A DNA stretch of 64,000 bases, from NCBI GenBank assembly GCA_045542335.1, contig JAZQKV010000049.1, positions 10-64,009 on the forward strand. The letters run 5' to 3'. Below, in pieces: positions 59,338-64,000 of the stretch (position 1 is its first letter; every line of letters begins with the position of its first letter). The notes beneath the pieces are model-generated. The model was not told the DNA's origin and searched no databases. It saw nothing but the letters and a program-made list of their open reading frames with translations. The stretch comes from Eubacteriales bacterium. GTDB taxonomy: Bacteria > Bacillota > Clostridia > Oscillospirales > CAG-382. Position numbers and translations under genes: made by a program.

Positions 59338-60237
59338 TTGAAGGAATATTATGTTGAGCCGGAATTTGCCCATGCAAAAGACACGGGTATAGAGTTTTTT
59401 TACCAGTCAATTGTCTCGGAGTCCTTAGTTGTAAGTCCTCACATTCACACCTCTGTGGAAATGCTCTTTATAAAAGAGGGGAGCTTTCGTGTTATTACGG
59501 ACAACGGCGAATTTATAGTACATCCCGGCGACACCATTCTTTTCCGTTCAAACACGATACACACGGTTTTTTTGCTTGACGGGGAAAATCCCGGCTACTA
59601 TGTGCTCAAAGTAAAGCCGGGAAATGTACTTGATTTTTCGTCTAACAGCCACGGTGCATCATATCTTCTGCGCTTTGCTCTTTCAAACAAGAATGAAAAA
59701 ACTGTTTGGAGAAGCGGAGAGAAAAGCAGTGATGAAATTCATAATACCCTTGAAGATATTATCCGTGAAACAACCGATAAACACTACGCTTCGGATATTG
59801 CGCTCAAGCTTTACAGTGCAAAAATGTTGCTTATTATGCTGCGTGACATAGAGAACGAGCAAATGAGCAAAAGCGCCGCAGGTGACAACGACGAAAATCT
59901 TGTCAGGCGTATTTATAATTCCATTGTTTACATCAACAGCAACTACGCCTCGGACATCACCGCCGAACAATGCGGAAAGCTTCAATACATGAGTTACAGC
60001 TATTTTTCACGCTCTTTCAAAAGAATAACCGGTGCCTCCTTCAAGGACTATCTCAACATGACCCGCATCAACCATGCCGAAAAGTCACTCATGTCGGGAA
60101 ATAAAACCATTACCGAAATAGCCTCCTCCTGCGGATTTAACAATGTGGCTTATTTTATTTCTGTATATAAAAAGTACAAGGGAATGACACCCTCTGCATT
60201 TAAAGCGTCGATAAATAACCAACAAAACAGAGGTTGA
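59338..60237 (+). CDS. AraC family transcriptional regulator (cupin sensor plus double HTH)
   Basis: TTG start with GGAGGG 6 nt upstream. The C-terminus IASSCGFNNVAYFISVYKKYKGMTPSAFK fits the family. The gene is divergent from the two-oxidoreductase operon. Confidence 0.8.
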   Translation: MKEYYVEPEFAHAKDTGIEFFYQSIVSESLVVSPHIHTSVEMLFIKEGSFRVITDNGEFIVHPGDTILFRSNTIHTVFLLDGENPGYYVLKVKPGNVLDFSSNSHGASYLLRFALSNKNEKTVWRSGEKSSDEIHNTLEDIIRETTDKHYASDIALKLYSAKMLLIMLRDIENEQMSKSAAGDNDENLVRRIYNSIVYINSNYASDITAEQCGKLQYMSYSYFSRSFKRITGASFKDYLNMTRINHAEKSLMSGNKTITEIASSCGFNNVAYFISVYKKYKGMTPSAFKASINNQQNRG

Positions 60238-60284
60238 ACTTGCTGTTTGCCGCTTTTACGGAGATTCACGCACACATAAAAGGT

Positions 60285-60322
60285 AAGACCCATATGCCGA
60301 AGCTTCGACATATGGGCCTTTT
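60285..60322. terminator. Bidirectional terminator between the AraC gene and pcrA
   Basis: A long imperfect palindrome, AAGACCCATATGCCGAAG / CTTCGACATATGGGCCTT, flanked by AAAA on the left and TTTT on the right. Confidence 0.8.
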
Positions 60323-60334
60323 GGCGTAATTGCT

Positions 60335-62878
60335 TTAAGCTTTTGTCATCTTGGCAAACTTGCCCATGATTTTCTTTGTTCCAACTTTTTCAAAGGCGAC
60401 CTCATAAAGAACATCACCGCCCATTTTCTTTGCCGAAACAATAAATCCGTCGCCAAAGGTGGGGTGTTTCACCGCATCTCCCTGGTTGAATACTTCAACG
60501 GGTGCTTGGGGTTTGGGGGAAACGGCAGGTGAGGGTGAACCGTAAGGCTTTGATGTTGCCATACCTGCAGAAGTGCCGACTGGTTTTCTTGTGATACCCA
60601 TTCCTGAGCCGGAGTTTACGCCGCCGGACGGCATTTTTGATGATGCGCCGAATTTATGCATACCATAACCGCCGCCTGCTCCTGCGCCACCTGTTGAAAC
60701 TCCGAAAGGATTGAAATTGCCGAATGAGCCGGGAGAAACCGTGAAGTCAAAAGCATCAGGGGCTGTGTTTTCAATGTAGTCGCAGATTTCCTCGGGGATT
60801 TCCCTGACAAAGCGGCTTTGGGCGTTGAAAACCGTTCTGCCGAACTGAAGTCTTGAACGGCAATGAAGTATGTATAACTTGTCCTTTGCACGAGTCACCG
60901 CAACATATGCAAGACGGCGTTCTTCCTCAAGCTCGGAATTGTCCGCCGCAGATTGCGCTCCGGGGAAAATGTTTTCTTCAAAGCCGGGAAGAAATACAAC
61001 GGGAAATTCAAGACCCTTTGCGCTGTGAATTGTCATAAGGACAATGGCATCGGCATCGGTGTCATAGTTGTCAATGTCGGAAACAAGGGCAACCTCCTCG
61101 AGGAATCCCGCAAGTGTTGGTTGCTCGTTGCTTTCGGCGTAGGAAACGGCATTGGAAACAAGCTCCTCAATGTTGCGGAGTCTGTCTTCCTCCTCAGCAC
61201 CGCCGTCAATCAGCATTTTTCGATAGCCGCTCTTTTCAATTACCTTTTCTATGAGCACCGGCAAGGATTCATTGTCTGCCGTGTCACGGAAATCCTCGAT
61301 AAGATTTGCAAATTCTTTCATTTTTGCCGCCGCACGGGTAAGCTCAGGGTGAGTTGGTGCACGGTGCATTGCCTGAAGCGGAGTTTCTCCCGTTTGGGCG
61401 CAAACCGCTTCAAGAGCCGCCGCCGAGGTTTCACCGATGCCCCTTTTGGGAACGTTTATAATGCGCTTTAACCTCACCATATCCGACGGATTTGAAATCA
61501 CGCACAAATACGAAATAATATCCTTGATTTCCTTTCGCTCGTAAAAGCGCACACCACCAAGAACTCTGTAAGGGTATCCGCTTTTTGCCATAACCTGTTC
61601 AAGGACGTTGGCTTGGGCGTTGGTTCTGTAAAGTACAGCGAAATCGCTGAATTTGCGTTTGCCGTCCCTTGTCATTTCGCCGATGGTGTCGGTGATAAAG
61701 GTGGCTTCTTCAATGCCGTTGGGACATTCGGCAATTGTTATTTTTTCGCCCTTGTCGTTACTTGTCCAGAGAGTCTTGCCCTTTCTGCCGATGTTGTGGG
61801 ATATTATGGCGTTTGCGGCATCAAGAATTGTGCCCTTTGAACGGTAATTCTGTTCAAGGCGTATGACCTTTGCGTTTTCATAGCACTTGTCAAAGGACAG
61901 GATATTTTCAATTGTCGCTCCACGGAATTTGTAAATACTCTGGTCGTCATCGCCAACAACCATGATGTTTTGCGCATCTGAGCAAAGCAGACGCACAAGA
62001 TAAAACTGTGCCATATTGGTGTCCTGATACTCGTCAACAAGAACATAGCGGAAACGGTTGCAATAGCTTTGCCTTACATCTTCGTTTTCTGAAAGAAGCT
62101 TTACCGTGAACATAATGATGTCATCAAAATCAAGTGCATTTGCTGCCGCCTTTTTCTTTTCATACATTTCATAAAGCTTTGCAATGCTCTTTTCGCGCAC
62201 ACCCGATTTTTCTGTCAGATTTTCTGCAAAAGCCCTATAGCCCATAAGCTTGTCCTTTGAACGGCTGATGGTGTTGAGAACGCTTTTTGCAGGGAGATTT
62301 TTTTCGTCGATGTTAAGCTCTTTGAGACAGGATGAAATAAGCTTTCTGGCATCGTCTGTGTCATAAATGGTGAAGCTTCTGTCATAACCGAGGCGGTCTA
62401 TGTATTTGCGAAGTATACGCACACATATGGAATGGAAAGTGCCTGCCCATATTTCCTGAGCCGATTCTCCGAGTATTGAGGAAAGACGCTCTTTCATTTC
62501 ATTTGCTGCTTTGTTTGTAAAGGTTATTGCAAGAATTTCCCACGGGCGTGCAGAATTACACTTAAACATTTCAAGACAGCTTTCAAGCTGTTGTTCGGGA
62601 AGATTGGGGTCATTTGCAAATTCTTCCAGCTGTGCAACAAAGAAATCCGGTATGCCCTCGGGGATAGATGTGTCAAAATATGCGTTGCCGTATTTTATTA
62701 TGTGGGCAATACGCCTTACAAGCACTGTGGTTTTTCCGCTTCCTGCTCCTGCAAGCACAAGCAGAGGCCCCTCTGTTGTGAACACGGCTTCACGCTGTTT
62801 GTCATTGAGCCGGGGATATGCCTTTTCAAAAAGACGACGTTTGGCGGCAAGATAACGCTTTGTTAAGGTTGTTTCCAT
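60335..62878 (-). CDS. pcrA: ATP-dependent DNA helicase PcrA (UvrD family)
   Basis: 847 aa. Walker A AGAGSGKTT, motif II DEYQDTN, a Gly-rich linker, and a C-terminal Tudor-like GDAVKHPTFGDGFIV...YEVAFEKVGTKKI. Confidence 0.9.
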   Translation of the reverse strand: METTLTKRYLAAKRRLFEKAYPRLNDKQREAVFTTEGPLLVLAGAGSGKTTVLVRRIAHIIKYGNAYFDTSIPEGIPDFFVAQLEEFANDPNLPEQQLESCLEMFKCNSARPWEILAITFTNKAANEMKERLSSILGESAQEIWAGTFHSICVRILRKYIDRLGYDRSFTIYDTDDARKLISSCLKELNIDEKNLPAKSVLNTISRSKDKLMGYRAFAENLTEKSGVREKSIAKLYEMYEKKKAAANALDFDDIIMFTVKLLSENEDVRQSYCNRFRYVLVDEYQDTNMAQFYLVRLLCSDAQNIMVVGDDDQSIYKFRGATIENILSFDKCYENAKVIRLEQNYRSKGTILDAANAIISHNIGRKGKTLWTSNDKGEKITIAECPNGIEEATFITDTIGEMTRDGKRKFSDFAVLYRTNAQANVLEQVMAKSGYPYRVLGGVRFYERKEIKDIISYLCVISNPSDMVRLKRIINVPKRGIGETSAAALEAVCAQTGETPLQAMHRAPTHPELTRAAAKMKEFANLIEDFRDTADNESLPVLIEKVIEKSGYRKMLIDGGAEEEDRLRNIEELVSNAVSYAESNEQPTLAGFLEEVALVSDIDNYDTDADAIVLMTIHSAKGLEFPVVFLPGFEENIFPGAQSAADNSELEEERRLAYVAVTRAKDKLYILHCRSRLQFGRTVFNAQSRFVREIPEEICDYIENTAPDAFDFTVSPGSFGNFNPFGVSTGGAGAGGGYGMHKFGASSKMPSGGVNSGSGMGITRKPVGTSAGMATSKPYGSPSPAVSPKPQAPVEVFNQGDAVKHPTFGDGFIVSAKKMGGDVLYEVAFEKVGTKKIMGKFAKMTKA

Positions 62879-63028
62879 TATATATCTTCTTTCTGCAATT
62901 GTTTTTTATGCTTTAATATATTTTCTGCTGTTTTACGACTATATTCTATCACACGCTCTACATCATTTCAACTGAACCATGTAAATTTTCCCCAAAATAA
63001 AAATATGACTTATTTCACAATATTACCC

Positions 63029-63057
63029 TTGACACGGAATGAAAACTTATGTATAAT
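63029..63057 (+). promoter_or_regulatory. Consensus sigma-A promoter for the deacetylase gene
   Basis: TTGACA (63029-63034), a 17-nt spacer, then TATAAT (63052-63057). Confidence 0.8.
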
Positions 63058-63092
63058 CAAAGTAACAAATCCGAAAGGAGAGTATTTGAATT

Positions 63093-63986
63093 ATGAAGCT
63101 CAAAAAAATTGTCCGAATGACCGTGTGTTTTGTGCTTGCTTTTTTAATGGTGTTTTGTACATTTGGTTGCGGAACTGTGCCCGGTGATAACGGCGAAGAA
63201 CAGTCACCTGACAACTCCGTCGATGCAATGCAAAACGACACACCCGAAATCCAAGAGGATTCCGACAAAGAACAGCCCGAACAGGAAAGCGAGGAACCGG
63301 TTATGAACGCAAAAAACAGAGATTTAAGCAAGATTACAGGACCTGTTATGGCACTCACCTTTGACGACGGTCCCAGCAACACAACCACACAAATTCTTGA
63401 TGTGCTTGAAAAGTATGGCATCAACGCTTCTTTCTTTATTGTTGGCGCATGGGCAGATGACCCCGGCGACCGCGACATAATGAAGCGTGCAGTTGACATG
63501 GGGTGCACAATTGAAAACCACACATGGAATCACAAGAATCTCCGGGAGATGACTGTTGAAGAAATAACACAGCAGTATCAATCTGTTCAGGACTATGTTT
63601 ATGAGATTGTTGGCGATTATCCCAAGTTTTTCCGTGCACCGGGACTTGGCGTAAACGAGCAGGTTTATGAAACAATTCCGCTTACATTTATCAATGGCTC
63701 CGGCGGTTCTTCTGACTGGAACTCCAAGGAGGATGACGACAGGACAAGCGACCTTGAAACCCGTGTACAGGGTATTCTCAGCGTTGCAAAGGACGGTCAT
63801 ATCTATCTTTTGCACGATTGCAGCAACAATCATCTCACTCCCGAGGCTCTCGATATTGCTTTGCCTCAGCTTATTGAACAGGGATATACCTTTGTAAATA
63901 TCCGTGAGCTTTTTGAGATAAAGGGGCAGGAGCTTACCCCCGACCTGAATTTCTCATGGACAGATGTGAAAAAGGTTCAGGAATAA
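63093..63986 (+). CDS. Polysaccharide deacetylase (NodB/CE4) family lipoprotein
   Basis: Lipobox FGCG in the signal peptide, an acidic linker, and NodB motifs ALTFDDGPS and HTWNH. Confidence 0.85.
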   Translation: MKLKKIVRMTVCFVLAFLMVFCTFGCGTVPGDNGEEQSPDNSVDAMQNDTPEIQEDSDKEQPEQESEEPVMNAKNRDLSKITGPVMALTFDDGPSNTTTQILDVLEKYGINASFFIVGAWADDPGDRDIMKRAVDMGCTIENHTWNHKNLREMTVEEITQQYQSVQDYVYEIVGDYPKFFRAPGLGVNEQVYETIPLTFINGSGGSSDWNSKEDDDRTSDLETRVQGILSVAKDGHIYLLHDCSNNHLTPEALDIALPQLIEQGYTFVNIRELFEIKGQELTPDLNFSWTDVKKVQE

Positions 63987-64000
63987 TTGCCATAAGCTTT

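Overview
A 64-kb chromosomal segment that looks like a moderate-GC Firmicute of the class Clostridia. Supporting signs are many near-consensus sigma-A promoters (TTGACA-17-TATAAT), strong Shine-Dalgarno sites, a T-box leader, a SleB-type cortex hydrolase, a site-2 protease, and two secreted proteins with dockerin-like calcium-binding repeats. The dockerins suggest Ruminococcaceae/Oscillospiraceae, but that is inference only. About 56 protein genes and one tRNA-Leu(GAG) are supported. Most are housekeeping or sugar-utilisation genes: GTP-PEPCK, purC, lepB-rbgA-rnhB-yraN, thrC, ispDF, rplS, pcrA, comEC, a TrpXYZ-family ABC importer, GH2 and GH42 beta-galactosidases, Gfo/Idh/MocA oxidoreductases with AraC regulators, and a GlpA-like/DUF1667 cluster. 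I found no CRISPR array, integrase, transposase, reverse transcriptase or recognisable defence gene. The most interesting region is an AT-rich accessory patch at about 38.26-42.26 kb. It holds a small XRE regulator, divergent promoters with overlapping -35 boxes inside a perfect palindrome, and a second consensus promoter. That second promoter's predicted start site coincides with the first base of a 13-bp closing helix around a ~160-nt nested-helix RNA. The RNA is followed by an intrinsic terminator, an SD site, a 4-TM protein gene, and an 871-aa secreted papain-fold/SH3b/Listeria-Bacteroides-repeat/dockerin protein gene. This layout is riboswitch-like, and from memory I cannot match it to any known class. 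Second in interest is a clear T-box leader whose specifier appears to be UAC (Tyr). It controls a sodium:solute symporter family transporter. Several ORF-track entries had their starts trimmed using SD sites and homology. Many long antisense ORFs were rejected as codon-bias shadows.
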